This document shows positions 8,724 to 18,382 of a DNA stretch of 64,000 nt, piece after piece (the stretch's first letter is position 1; the number at the start of each line of letters is the position of its first letter). Source of the DNA: a virus. The position numbers and the translations under genes were made by a program. The stretch lies in the IMG/VR virus record IMGVR_UViG_3300022745_000628, positions 96,001 to 160,000 of that record; one strand, written 5' to 3'. A model generated the notes under the pieces. That model did no database searches and was not told the DNA's origin. It worked only from the letters and a program-made list of their open reading frames with translations.

Positions 8724-10190
8724 ATGGCCACAGAATTAGTTTATTTTCCGTATGCCGGAAATGCGTCGTTAACCGCCACTATTACGTTGCGCGGTTCTGG
8801 CGACATTATAGAAACGGCTACGGCAGTCGCGCCAACAACTTTTAATCTAGGTGGCACGACTACGTGGCAAGCAGCCACCTTTTCAGGTGCCAATTTCGGA
8901 CCGTTTGCGTTACATGTATTTGACGGCGCAACCGAAATAGCCACATATGATATTGGAATGCTAGGCCCGCGAGCGCTAGCAACACCTATTCAAAATACTG
9001 GCAATATCAATGCTTTTGAACAAGTTCTGGTAGACCATCTGTTTTTTGGCGAGACTCGTGTCTGGTGGCGATTGGCCAGTGATTTTCACGACGCCGGTCC
9101 GTACGTTTATAAGCTACAGGCTAGTTACGGAGCCCATCAGAACGCAATAGATTGGGTGGATGTTTCTGTTCCGCACAGCGAAATCAACTTTATCCCGTAC
9201 GTAAATATGCGAGAGCGTACAGGTAAAAATATGCTTACGCATTATCGCGTAATGCTTTATACGCCCACCGGTACATATTTGTCGAATCCTACGCCGGTTT
9301 GGGGAAACCTAAACAGCATAGATTTCAAATATGCCCAAGAATTAACTAGAAAAGAGCGGATCCGGCTGCGATCTGTATCTGTCCCTGGTTATTTACTGCG
9401 GCGCTTACGTTATGGCACTATTAGCACCGTGGGCACGGATCTTTTAACAAGAGAAGTTGTACGTACCGATATATCCACAACCTGGGGTACTCCATTTGAT
9501 ATTGGGTATCATCCGCCGATCCCTATGGATATAGACCCGACATACGGACCTAATACTGAAAATAGAGGTGGCGGAGATATCCAGACAAATAATACGCTTA
9601 TTCGGCAAATGAATGCCAGGGTATTAGCACAGCCAGATGTGGCGTTTGAAGACGTGTGGGTAAATGCTCAAACTGACGAACGCTGGCTGATTCAGGTAGT
9701 TAAGCCAGTGGCGGCGGTGCGCGGTATTCCGATTGTGCGCGAATTAGCTATGAATTTGATACCGCGTACGCACGTTATTTACAAAATACCGGTCGACGGT
9801 TTTTCGTTAAATACCCGTACAACTGACGAAGAATCCACAGCGCAGGTAGGCGACGGATGCAATCCGGTAAATCACGATTTCCCTACAACAGGTGCTATGC
9901 TATATACAGCCGACGATTGCTGCGGTATTTCAGGAGCCACTGTGACTATTTACACTCAAACCGATTATTCTGCCGAAAACACTGGCGCCGACTTTGTAGT
10001 GGCTTCTACAACCACTACTACCGGCGGGCAATGGACAGAAACAGTAAATTTGTCGGAAGGGGAGTACGTCGTAGTATTTGAAAAGCCTGGGTTTTTTGGC
10101 CCAGATACTCAAACAATTACAGTCACAGACCCGCCGGATCCGGATGCCGGCGAAACTATAGGCGAATTCACCAGTACTTTTGAGTTTTAA
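8724..10190 (+). CDS. putative head-closure/neck protein with a C-terminal prealbumin-like (carboxypeptidase regulatory-like) domain
   Basis: 488 aa. C-terminal ISGATVTIY...TTTTTGGQW...LSEGEYVVVFEKPGF pattern; located between the connector-like and terminator-like genes. Confidence 0.45.
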   Translation: MATELVYFPYAGNASLTATITLRGSGDIIETATAVAPTTFNLGGTTTWQAATFSGANFGPFALHVFDGATEIATYDIGMLGPRALATPIQNTGNINAFEQVLVDHLFFGETRVWWRLASDFHDAGPYVYKLQASYGAHQNAIDWVDVSVPHSEINFIPYVNMRERTGKNMLTHYRVMLYTPTGTYLSNPTPVWGNLNSIDFKYAQELTRKERIRLRSVSVPGYLLRRLRYGTISTVGTDLLTREVVRTDISTTWGTPFDIGYHPPIPMDIDPTYGPNTENRGGGDIQTNNTLIRQMNARVLAQPDVAFEDVWVNAQTDERWLIQVVKPVAAVRGIPIVRELAMNLIPRTHVIYKIPVDGFSLNTRTTDEESTAQVGDGCNPVNHDFPTTGAMLYTADDCCGISGATVTIYTQTDYSAENTGADFVVASTTTTTGGQWTETVNLSEGEYVVVFEKPGFFGPDTQTITVTDPPDPDAGETIGEFTSTFEF

Positions 10191-10191
10191 T

Positions 10192-10404
10192 ATGTCCGCT
10201 AAACCAACAGAATCCAAAGAGTACCCTACTAAACCCCCGCACGGCATTACAATGTCTATGTATGGGTATGTACCAGACAACGCCCAAATGATTAACGTAG
10301 CTAAAGGACTGGCGCAACTACCAAATGTCATCCAACAGCAGCCGGCCGGCATGCAACCTCAACCTCAATTCTCCGGAAACAGAAGCGCTTTTTCCGGACA
10401 ATAG
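10192..10404 (+). CDS. small Pro/Gln-rich hypothetical protein
   Basis: The ATG lies 1 nt after the upstream TAA and fills the gap to 10325, but the ORF overlaps the next one by 80 nt. Confidence 0.45.
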   Translation: MSAKPTESKEYPTKPPHGITMSMYGYVPDNAQMINVAKGLAQLPNVIQQQPAGMQPQPQFSGNRSAFSGQ

Positions 10405-11062
10405 TAATTTACAGAATCGCTTACCGACTATCGATTCTATATGTCAGTTCGGGTTAACACCGTTATTGATGTCTGGGATAATTCGCGATACGCTGATTAA
10501 TCATTTTTCTAGTCATCTTAATATGATTAGTCCGGTTTTGCGGAAATATTTTACAAACAATACTTACGCATTATCCAGGGATAATGGCGGCGATCAAGAG
10601 AACCCAATATTCATTGATACATTAGATCGTTGGACCCCTACATTATCAGAAGCTAGGCCTGCTTTTGTTATAAAAGATGCGGATTGGACATTCACGCAAT
10701 TAGGTATAAATAACCGTGTACACACAGAACTTAGAACAGGCGAAGAGGCCTTTTTAGGGCTATGGTCTGGCGCACATACGGTATTTGCCTTAGCTTCTGA
10801 ATCAGGGTTAGCCAAAATATTAGCTACAGAAGCCGCTAAACTATTGCTATGGCAGTCATTAGAAATCCAGCGGACTACGCAATTAATTGACTTTAAGGTT
10901 ATGAAGCTGGGCTGTGCTAATCGCTGTGCTGAATCAACAACAAATTACGTGGTACCGGTAGATGTGGGATATGTAGCGCAAGAATCTTGGACTCTTATAG
11001 AAGATGCTCCTAGACTCAAACAGATTAAATTTAGCGCAACTAACCTACTCCGGGACTACTAA
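10325..11062 (+). CDS. putative tail completion/terminator protein
   Basis: 245-aa alpha/beta ORF immediately before the sheath, the usual position of tail terminator genes. Confidence 0.5.
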   Translation: MSSNSSRPACNLNLNSPETEALFPDNSNLQNRLPTIDSICQFGLTPLLMSGIIRDTLINHFSSHLNMISPVLRKYFTNNTYALSRDNGGDQENPIFIDTLDRWTPTLSEARPAFVIKDADWTFTQLGINNRVHTELRTGEEAFLGLWSGAHTVFALASESGLAKILATEAAKLLLWQSLEIQRTTQLIDFKVMKLGCANRCAESTTNYVVPVDVGYVAQESWTLIEDAPRLKQIKFSATNLLRDY

Positions 11063-11099
11063 ATTTTGTTCTAATTTAAGTAGACCACCAAAACCTCAT

Positions 11100-11117
11100 T
11101 TCGCCACGGAGGGCGAG
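11100..11117 (+). promoter_or_regulatory. CsrA/RsmA-type binding hairpin in the sheath gene leader
   Basis: TCGCC-ACGGAG-GGCGA: a 5-bp stem with an ANGGAN hexaloop, 8 nt before ATG 11125, overlapping both possible SD sequences. Confidence 0.55.
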
Positions 11118-11124
11118 GCTTCAA

Positions 11125-13962
11125 ATGGCTTATATCAAACCGCAAGTTCGGGTTTTTCAGGAATTCACGACCTCGCCTAGTATTGGCGACAATATTCGGC
11201 GGGCGCACATTTCAGGCCCGAATGCATTGCTGCACCGATTCTCCAAAGCTGCTGAGAAGCCGCTAATTGGATTGGGCAGCTATGTCAACGACACTGATAC
11301 CGCTTATTTCTGGCCTGCTAAGCAAGGCGGATCGCTTGTAGATCTCGACAGTGTTAAGCTTTTCGTCGAAAACGGATTGCTTAAATACTTCGAAGATTTG
11401 ATCGGCGAAACGTCTGGTGACCTGGGTACGATTACTCCAGTCTCTGGGCGCGCTAACTACATCACGCACGATACGGTTAACTGGCGTACAGCCAACAGCT
11501 ATTCCCGTAGCTCCTTGCTATTGGACCGAGACGTCAAGATCGGCGACGTGGCATATATTCGTGGTATCGAAGATCCAGAAGGGGATTGCATCGAGCACAC
11601 GCTTTGGACCACGGTGGCGGGGTTTTCAGCTAATACGGTCGCAGCTGTAGTAGGCAGTGCTTACTCTGATGCCGCTAACGCCGAAGATTCAAGCTATGAC
11701 ATTGATTCGACTTTTACAGCTGGTCAAGCGAACTGCGTACTTGTTGCTAATATCGACGGGGAATCTTACGATGGATTGCCAAGCGGTAACATCAGTGAAA
11801 CATACACGATTGAAGTAATCAAGTCTGCCGTCGCTGGATGTCAAGCTGCTCGGTTCCGCGTCACCTCTGCAAGCGGTAACGACGATGTATCGGAAGTAAC
11901 ACCAGCGGATTTCGGCGACGCTACTACCATCGGCACACGCGGACTGACCGTGACTTTCGACCTTAGCGAAGGCGGCGGTTGCGGCGATGACGCTATAGCC
12001 GCTGGTCTGCCAGCAGATCAGTTCATTGTCGGACAGACATGGGAAGTTTCTATTACGCAGCAAGGCTATGCAGCCTGCGCAACTGCAAACAACACTTATA
12101 CCGGATCTTTCGACGACACCTACATTATCACCGTTGTTAAAGGTGGTAAGTGGGCAGACGGGCCTAAGATCTCGGTTCGAACCGCTCGTGGACTAGATAG
12201 CTCTGGTCCTACCAGTGTGACCGGCAATGCTGTATCTGTACCAGTTGGCTCGTACGGCCTCACAGCATCGTTTGCTAAGTGCTCGGGCGGTGGCGGATCT
12301 TTGAGCGGTCTACGTTATGGCGATATTTTCTACATCGACGTGGTATCTAGCTCGTCCGGACCAGTTCGAACACTGATCTTGCGAGACAACTTGCCATCCG
12401 GTTTGCTTGCCGCTGACGACCTCGATTTGAAGTTGTACATTCAAAAAACCTTTGAAATCAACCCACATCGTACCGAAAGCGCTCCGCTAACCAACTACGA
12501 CACGTCCGCTAGCACGATCACCGTCAACAGCGGTATTACTGCTTATGATTCGACTTGGACGTTGAACGGCGAAGAACAAGTGCTCACGCTGGAATCTGGT
12601 TGCACATTGGCAAACAGCCGGCTATGCGGACAATTGTTTGCAGAGTATCGAGAATTCGTTGACGACCTAACCAACGACATTCGAATTGCTGTTACGGCAG
12701 CCGATTTGGATGACATTCCTGGTCCGCTCGAGCCAAGCAATCCATTGAAGTGGGGCGTATACAAGGCGTTGATCAATACCAGCTCGTCTGGCGTTGCTTA
12801 CACGGCTGTCGCTGACCCTTCGGATCCTGATTCTTGGCAAACTGTTTTGGACGCCGCTGAAGGCCGTCCGGACATTTACAACTTTGTACCGCTTACCTTC
12901 GATACCACGGTTCAAAACCTTTTCGTAGCACAGGCTGTTAACGAATCGGCACCGGAAGTTGGAAACTGGAAGGGCGTCATCCTTTCCGGACAGTACAAGG
13001 AAACCGCAAAGGTTGTAGGTGGCGACGATGTTTTGGCGACGATTGCCGAAAACATTGGAACAACCGAAACCGACTACACCCTTATGACTATCTCCAACGC
13101 TACGTTGCTAACTGACGACGTACGATCTGGGGACAGTGTTCGGTTCTTGTACGACACAGACGGTTACGGTGGAGAAATCTACACGACATATGTTGTACAA
13201 AGCGTTTTGTCAGAAACCAGCCTTATTCTCGTAGCCGGTCCAGACGTAGCCGTCTCCGTGCCACAAAAGGTAGAAATCTGGCACACACTTACCAAGAGCG
13301 AGATCGCTACCGACCTAGTCGAGCAAGCACAATCTTTCGCAAATCGTCGGGTGGTTTTCACTGCTCCGGACATTGTCTACGAAGCTGGCCTGCCAACCCC
13401 AGGCTACTTTGTATGCTGCGCCGTCGGCGGATTGATCTCGTCTGTCCAACCTCATCAAGGTTTGACGCACGTACAGCTATCCGGTTTGGGCGGAATTGTG
13501 CAACGCACGCGTGACTACTTCAAGGCTAGCTTGCTAGACCAACTGTCAGCTGGTGGCGTATGGACTGTCACAGCCGATCGCGCTGGTACAATTTTCACCC
13601 GCCACGCTGTAACAACCGACACTACGGATCTAAAAAATCGCGAAGAAATGATTCGCCGAAACGCGGATTCGATTTCCTACGATTTTGTCGAGTTGCTAAA
13701 GCCGTATATCGGTCGAACCAACGCGACGCCGACTGTGCTTACCAAGCTTGATTACGAAATCAACAAGAAGCTGGACAGCTACACTTCGGTTATCGTCAGC
13801 CAAGACTTGGGCCCACAACTTATTTCCGGAGCTATCGCTGTCGACAGCACCGGCGCCAAGTTGCTCCGAATCCATCCGCTCGCAGCAGATAGAATCGAAA
13901 TTGTCCTTAACGTGTCGCTACCGGCACCGGGCAACAATATCGATCTTCACATTGTTGCTTAA
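11125..13962 (+). CDS. contractile tail sheath protein (945 aa, with inserted domains)
   Basis: N-terminal YIKPQVRVFQEF; C-terminal sheath-like segment (LSAGGVWTV...TRHAVTTD...REEMIRRNADSISY...IEIVLNVSLPAPGNNIDLHIV); followed by a tube-sized gene. Confidence 0.9.
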   Translation: MAYIKPQVRVFQEFTTSPSIGDNIRRAHISGPNALLHRFSKAAEKPLIGLGSYVNDTDTAYFWPAKQGGSLVDLDSVKLFVENGLLKYFEDLIGETSGDLGTITPVSGRANYITHDTVNWRTANSYSRSSLLLDRDVKIGDVAYIRGIEDPEGDCIEHTLWTTVAGFSANTVAAVVGSAYSDAANAEDSSYDIDSTFTAGQANCVLVANIDGESYDGLPSGNISETYTIEVIKSAVAGCQAARFRVTSASGNDDVSEVTPADFGDATTIGTRGLTVTFDLSEGGGCGDDAIAAGLPADQFIVGQTWEVSITQQGYAACATANNTYTGSFDDTYIITVVKGGKWADGPKISVRTARGLDSSGPTSVTGNAVSVPVGSYGLTASFAKCSGGGGSLSGLRYGDIFYIDVVSSSSGPVRTLILRDNLPSGLLAADDLDLKLYIQKTFEINPHRTESAPLTNYDTSASTITVNSGITAYDSTWTLNGEEQVLTLESGCTLANSRLCGQLFAEYREFVDDLTNDIRIAVTAADLDDIPGPLEPSNPLKWGVYKALINTSSSGVAYTAVADPSDPDSWQTVLDAAEGRPDIYNFVPLTFDTTVQNLFVAQAVNESAPEVGNWKGVILSGQYKETAKVVGGDDVLATIAENIGTTETDYTLMTISNATLLTDDVRSGDSVRFLYDTDGYGGEIYTTYVVQSVLSETSLILVAGPDVAVSVPQKVEIWHTLTKSEIATDLVEQAQSFANRRVVFTAPDIVYEAGLPTPGYFVCCAVGGLISSVQPHQGLTHVQLSGLGGIVQRTRDYFKASLLDQLSAGGVWTVTADRAGTIFTRHAVTTDTTDLKNREEMIRRNADSISYDFVELLKPYIGRTNATPTVLTKLDYEINKKLDSYTSVIVSQDLGPQLISGAIAVDSTGAKLLRIHPLAADRIEIVLNVSLPAPGNNIDLHIVA

Positions 13963-13964
13963 TT

Positions 13965-13984
13965 TCAATCACAAGGACGTTTGA
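13965..13984 (+). promoter_or_regulatory. CsrA consensus site on the tail tube RBS
   Basis: ACAAGGACGT (13971-13980) is a 10/10 match to ACANGGANGU, within TCAA-tc-AC-[AAGGAC]-GT-TTGA. The GGA is the SD core of ATG 13988. Confidence 0.55.
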
Positions 13985-13987
13985 CAC

Positions 13988-14548
13988 ATGGCCGATACTT
14001 CAGTTTTTAATGCTAACCAGGTATATCGCGGTGCGTTTAACATCGCGAATAGCGTGGTAACGTTCGCCGGACAAGCGGCAGATCACCTTGTCCAAAACAT
14101 TCAATACAACTTTACGCAGCAAATCTCCATGATTTACGAATTGGGCTCGCCCAATGTGTATTTCAATGGCGGACGCGCTAGCGGTAATGCTGCATTGAAT
14201 CGTATCTTGGTGGCGCTAACCAAAGACAAACTTTTTGAGAGCTTCAACGATGTGTGTAGTCCAAACGATATTCATATTACACAGGCGTCCGGGTGTACCA
14301 CAAAGCCGTCGGGTACCGGCGGCACGGTTAGTCCTACAAACACGGTCAATCCTTTTATAAATACCCGCAGCGAGTTGGTTTTGAAATCTGCTGTGTTGTC
14401 AAACATCGGCGGATCGCAAGACAACCAATCAGCTGTGTTTACTGAGCAGATGAGTTTCTTGTTTTTGAACATGACGCGTTCAGTAGGAGCGGGCACTGGT
14501 CAGACCACTACACCTGCCGCTACTACTCCAACTACGGTTGTCGCTTAA
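13988..14548 (+). CDS. tail tube protein
   Basis: 186 aa directly after the sheath; tube-like motif LVQNIQYNFTQQISMIYELGS..VYF..GR..G...LNRI; Thr/Pro-rich C-terminal extension. Confidence 0.8.
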   Translation: MADTSVFNANQVYRGAFNIANSVVTFAGQAADHLVQNIQYNFTQQISMIYELGSPNVYFNGGRASGNAALNRILVALTKDKLFESFNDVCSPNDIHITQASGCTTKPSGTGGTVSPTNTVNPFINTRSELVLKSAVLSNIGGSQDNQSAVFTEQMSFLFLNMTRSVGAGTGQTTTPAATTPTTVVA

Positions 14549-14578
14549 TCCGCTGCAACTTCAAAAGTACGGTAAATT

Positions 14579-14608
14579 AAAAGCCGCGGGATCCTCCGCG
14601 GCTTTTTT
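14579..14608 (+). terminator. intrinsic terminator after the tail tube gene
   Basis: AAAAGCCGCGG-gatcct-CCGCGGCTTTTTT: perfect stem plus T-run; the flanking A-tract could make it bidirectional. Confidence 0.9.
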
Positions 14609-14622
14609 CATAAAGGTATGGT

Positions 14623-17328
14623 ATGAGTCACAGTTTTAATAAAACTAGCATAGATTTTACTTCTCGGCTAATCAAAGAAAGCCTACAGAAGCTTCAGAAT
14701 CAAGAGGCTATCGGCGCTAGCGGATCGCAACTACAAGCGCCGCAAGACCCGCAAAATCAAGGGTTTGGGCGTAGCAGGGCTCTAGACACCACGGCCAGAA
14801 TACTTACTGGCACTATTGTCGATACTGTAGCGGTTGCAAATATCTACCGAGTTAGCTTAGAGCGTAATAAACCTATCGCGATAGGTATTATGTGCACCGA
14901 TACGTCTCTCGGAGTATACGGCGCAAAATCGCTAACAACGTTATTACCAGGCACTCAGGTCGAGTGTATCGTGCATAATGATACGTCCATAGTTCATATC
15001 ATAGGCGTGGTCCCGCCGAAAAATACGAGTCGTATATACGCACAGCAGGCCATATTGCACGGAGCAACTCGTAGCCGTGTTGATGACGCCCACAAAAAAG
15101 CCTTCAAATTAGACGCCAACCTGGCTTCGGCCACGGCCGGTCGATTATTCGATTCAGCAGGTGGCGGCGAAAGCGGGTGGGTCACAGAAACAGGCATGCG
15201 GATGTTTATAGATCCGTTTATGGCTATGTTTGGCCTGGATGAGATGTCCAGCCTATCGTTCTTCTATCAAGATATGATGACCAAGTTCGCAGCCTACAAT
15301 TTGCAGCATTGGACGTCGGTTAGCGAAGCTGAATATCTCAACGATCAAGACGAGTCGCTACATTGGCACGGCTACGCCACATATCCGTGGGAAAACTTAG
15401 GTTTAGCCGCCAGAGCAGACATATCTAAGATTCAGTCGAAATCTGAATGGCAAGTAGAGTCGCCATACTTAGGCAAGATGGACTTGATCAGTCCGACAGC
15501 AATGCCATTCCACCGACTACGAGACTTTTATGGCTATCTAGGGCAAGGTGGAAAGCGGTTGCTTGTAAGTATACCGGTCAACTTCTCAGACTCAGGCGAC
15601 CTCGGTTCCGACGGTACGTTAGATATGAACGCTGGCACGCGTACCCAGTTTTCCAAATTCGGGGAAGGTGTCATACAACCCGGCTTAGCGGATCAATCTA
15701 TCACGCTCGATGGGCACATTCACATGCAAACTGTGAAAGGTGTTTCTATATCTAAGCGAGGGCTTATCACCGCGCCAACGCGCGTTGCTAAACCAGAAGA
15801 TCCGGCCGGAGACAACGAAAGCAATTACAAAGCCTCTGGAGTTATAGGAAACGGGGCGGCGCACAAAATAACTGGTAAACTTCGGACTAGCGATATTAGC
15901 CCTTCCAGGCAAAAAATAGCTGGTATGCCCGACTGGCACTCCTATATTTACAACTATGCCAGTTTGCAACCATTTCTCAATCATAAGCGTGATTACAAGG
16001 TACCGGAAGAATCAGCCGCTACGTATGCCAATGGCATATCTGAGCAAATACCTAACATTTCTGAGCTAACTAACAAACAAGATATAGACGTTGAACAATA
16101 TAAGCGTAAGCAAAAGATTGATCACCGCTACGGGGAGCAAGATATCTATTCGTTAGGCGGCAGCATCGATATTACCGATGATGGTAATGTCGTCATAACT
16201 AACGGGTGTGGCGCCGAAATTCGCTTAGTAAATGGCAACATCGAGATATCTTGTCCCGGTGATATCATTTTCAACTCGGGCCGCGGGACACATATTAACG
16301 CTGGCAGAGCTTTTACAGCTCGAGCTAAGTCTGATATAGAGCTAAGCACATCAGAACGGGATATCCGTATTAAAGCCGAGCAGAGCGCCTATATTTGCAG
16401 CGGAAACAGCGGTACCGGCGGAATACTACTAGAAAGTAAAGGTGGCGGAAATGACTATGACTTTACTAAATCCGGTAACGACGTTTCGTTTAGCGGGGTA
16501 GCTATCAAGTCAGATACAGGTAATTTCACTGCGGTAGCTAATGCGCAATATCTGCGCACAACAGCTGGTCCAATCGTATTAGACGCCGCAAAAGGGCAGG
16601 CGGACTTGGTTACATATTCCACAGCCATATCCAATTTCACAGCTAATGGCGAGAACTGGTACTTTAACACCGCCGGAGATACAGTATCTGGCCCAGCGGC
16701 CGTATTACAGTCTCAGCAAATGATGCTGCCAGGCGATATGTTTCTGGGCGGGAATATCGACGTGGATGGCTCTTATCGCGGTAATGGGGACTTATCTATT
16801 ACTGGAACAGGAGCGCATTCCGGTGGGCCATTCTGGGGCGATATCGGTAGCGGAGCAGATAGTCTTCGCACGGAGCTGGATCAAATTAAAAATCAGCTTA
16901 TATCCACAATACCTACCGAGTCCGGACAAGGTACTTATGATGGCAAATTGAAAGATCTGTGGTACGCCGATATGCGTGCCGGTAACGATGAAGTTATTTC
17001 TAAGATGACGTTCACATTTTGCACAGATGCTCAATATAAAACAGAAAACTACAAAACATATGAACCACGATGGCAACAGTTAGCTAGAATAACTGGGGCT
17101 AACTTAATAAGTTGGGAAGAAAAGGCTGTAAACGATACGTATCCGTATCCTGGCACAGCTGCCTTTACAACTGATACGTTAGTTATCCAAGATTTCACGA
17201 TATTCGATGCTAACAATAGTCGAGCTCGAGATCGCGGAATGACTGGCGATAGCGTAGCGGATATCTACGGAAATCCTAGCTACGCGGAGCTAACAAACAC
17301 ATCGTTACAAAACTTCAAGGTTATCTAG
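14623..17328 (+). CDS. baseplate central spike (gp5/VgrG-like), 901 aa
   Basis: N-terminal OB-fold-like segment (ILTGTIVDTVAVANIYRVSL) and a beta-helix repeat stretch (GGSIDITDDGNVVITNGCGAEIRLVNGNIEISCPGDIIFNSGR...). No lysozyme motif recognised. Confidence 0.65.
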   Translation: MSHSFNKTSIDFTSRLIKESLQKLQNQEAIGASGSQLQAPQDPQNQGFGRSRALDTTARILTGTIVDTVAVANIYRVSLERNKPIAIGIMCTDTSLGVYGAKSLTTLLPGTQVECIVHNDTSIVHIIGVVPPKNTSRIYAQQAILHGATRSRVDDAHKKAFKLDANLASATAGRLFDSAGGGESGWVTETGMRMFIDPFMAMFGLDEMSSLSFFYQDMMTKFAAYNLQHWTSVSEAEYLNDQDESLHWHGYATYPWENLGLAARADISKIQSKSEWQVESPYLGKMDLISPTAMPFHRLRDFYGYLGQGGKRLLVSIPVNFSDSGDLGSDGTLDMNAGTRTQFSKFGEGVIQPGLADQSITLDGHIHMQTVKGVSISKRGLITAPTRVAKPEDPAGDNESNYKASGVIGNGAAHKITGKLRTSDISPSRQKIAGMPDWHSYIYNYASLQPFLNHKRDYKVPEESAATYANGISEQIPNISELTNKQDIDVEQYKRKQKIDHRYGEQDIYSLGGSIDITDDGNVVITNGCGAEIRLVNGNIEISCPGDIIFNSGRGTHINAGRAFTARAKSDIELSTSERDIRIKAEQSAYICSGNSGTGGILLESKGGGNDYDFTKSGNDVSFSGVAIKSDTGNFTAVANAQYLRTTAGPIVLDAAKGQADLVTYSTAISNFTANGENWYFNTAGDTVSGPAAVLQSQQMMLPGDMFLGGNIDVDGSYRGNGDLSITGTGAHSGGPFWGDIGSGADSLRTELDQIKNQLISTIPTESGQGTYDGKLKDLWYADMRAGNDEVISKMTFTFCTDAQYKTENYKTYEPRWQQLARITGANLISWEEKAVNDTYPYPGTAAFTTDTLVIQDFTIFDANNSRARDRGMTGDSVADIYGNPSYAELTNTSLQNFKVI

Positions 17329-17329
17329 T

Positions 17330-18382
17330 ATGTCGTTGCCGAATCCAGCTGCACCATCTAATGCTCACGGCTTACTGCGCGAACAGCTTATGTTTGCCGG
17401 TTGGCAAGACGGCGATCCAATCCCTGACAAGATCTACGAAACGCTAACACGGCTAAAGAACGAGGCGCTGGCGGATTTAGACGAAGAACTGACAATATCG
17501 CAGGATATTGCCGTACAGCGCCTGCGGGCTAAGCTGGCCAAAAATAAGTTCGCGACCATTACGGACTTGCCGCCCAAACAGCAGCGCGAAGCGGTGGAGT
17601 TTGTCCAAAGCAGCATAGAAGCTGTGAAAATAGCGCAAGCACAAGCAGCCGAAGAGGCCGCGTTAGATTCTAAGTTGCATCCAACTATTCAAGGTCAGAC
17701 CAGAGAGCATCTCAAAGACTTGGCTCGGCGTAGAGCGCAATCGCAGATGGAGCAAGCGCCGCAAGAAGAGCCGACAGGATCTTATATTGTCGACGATCGA
17801 GAACCAGAAACACCGGAACCGTTACCAGAGGCCCCGAGACACTGCCCATGTTGCAATTGGGACCAATCTAAAACATTTGAAATTGAAGTAACGCAGGAAC
17901 ACAAAGAACGCTTCATGGTTTCTGTGTTAGGCGGTTCTCGATTTACTGACAAAATCAGTATATTCAGCGGAGCTGCTGCTATTACGTTTCGAACGCTGAC
18001 CACCGCGGAAAACGCCTTATTGCGCGAAGAGTTAGCCTATCGATCTAGGGACGGCAAGATTGTTACGGACGCCGCGTACGTGGCAGCGTGGTTGGAAGGC
18101 CGCTTGGTCATGGCCGTTGCGGAAATTAGCGTGGCCGACAAAGCCACACGCGTTTTCCCAGAGTACCATGAGTGGTTAAAAACCATTTCAAAAGACAGCG
18201 CTGCAAACGCCGAGGCTACGCCGCTGGAGCAGTACACAGCGCAGTTCTACGCACAAGTGCAGCAAGAACCACTGCGTAAATTGTTAAACGACAAATTTAA
18301 GGCTTTCGACCGCCTAGTAGAGACGCTGTTGCAACGCATTGAAGACCCAAATTTTTACAAGGGGATCGAATACTCGGCCTAA
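17330..18382 (+). CDS. tail assembly chaperone (gpG-like)
   Basis: 350 aa; first of two genes before the tape measure; contains CPCC and a -1 slippery heptamer near its 3' end. Confidence 0.65.
   Translation: MSLPNPAAPSNAHGLLREQLMFAGWQDGDPIPDKIYETLTRLKNEALADLDEELTISQDIAVQRLRAKLAKNKFATITDLPPKQQREAVEFVQSSIEAVKIAQAQAAEEAALDSKLHPTIQGQTREHLKDLARRRAQSQMEQAPQEEPTGSYIVDDREPETPEPLPEAPRHCPCCNWDQSKTFEIEVTQEHKERFMVSVLGGSRFTDKISIFSGAAAITFRTLTTAENALLREELAYRSRDGKIVTDAAYVAAWLEGRLVMAVAEISVADKATRVFPEYHEWLKTISKDSAANAEATPLEQYTAQFYAQVQQEPLRKLLNDKFKAFDRLVETLLQRIEDPNFYKGIEYSA
18349..18355 (+). other. -1 programmed ribosomal frameshift site A AAT TTT
   Basis: In-frame codons CCA AAT TTT fit X XXY YYZ. The -1 frame (TTA CAA GGG GAT CGA ATA CTC GGC CTA ATG) is stop-free and enters ORF 18382-18762. 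Confidence 0.7.
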
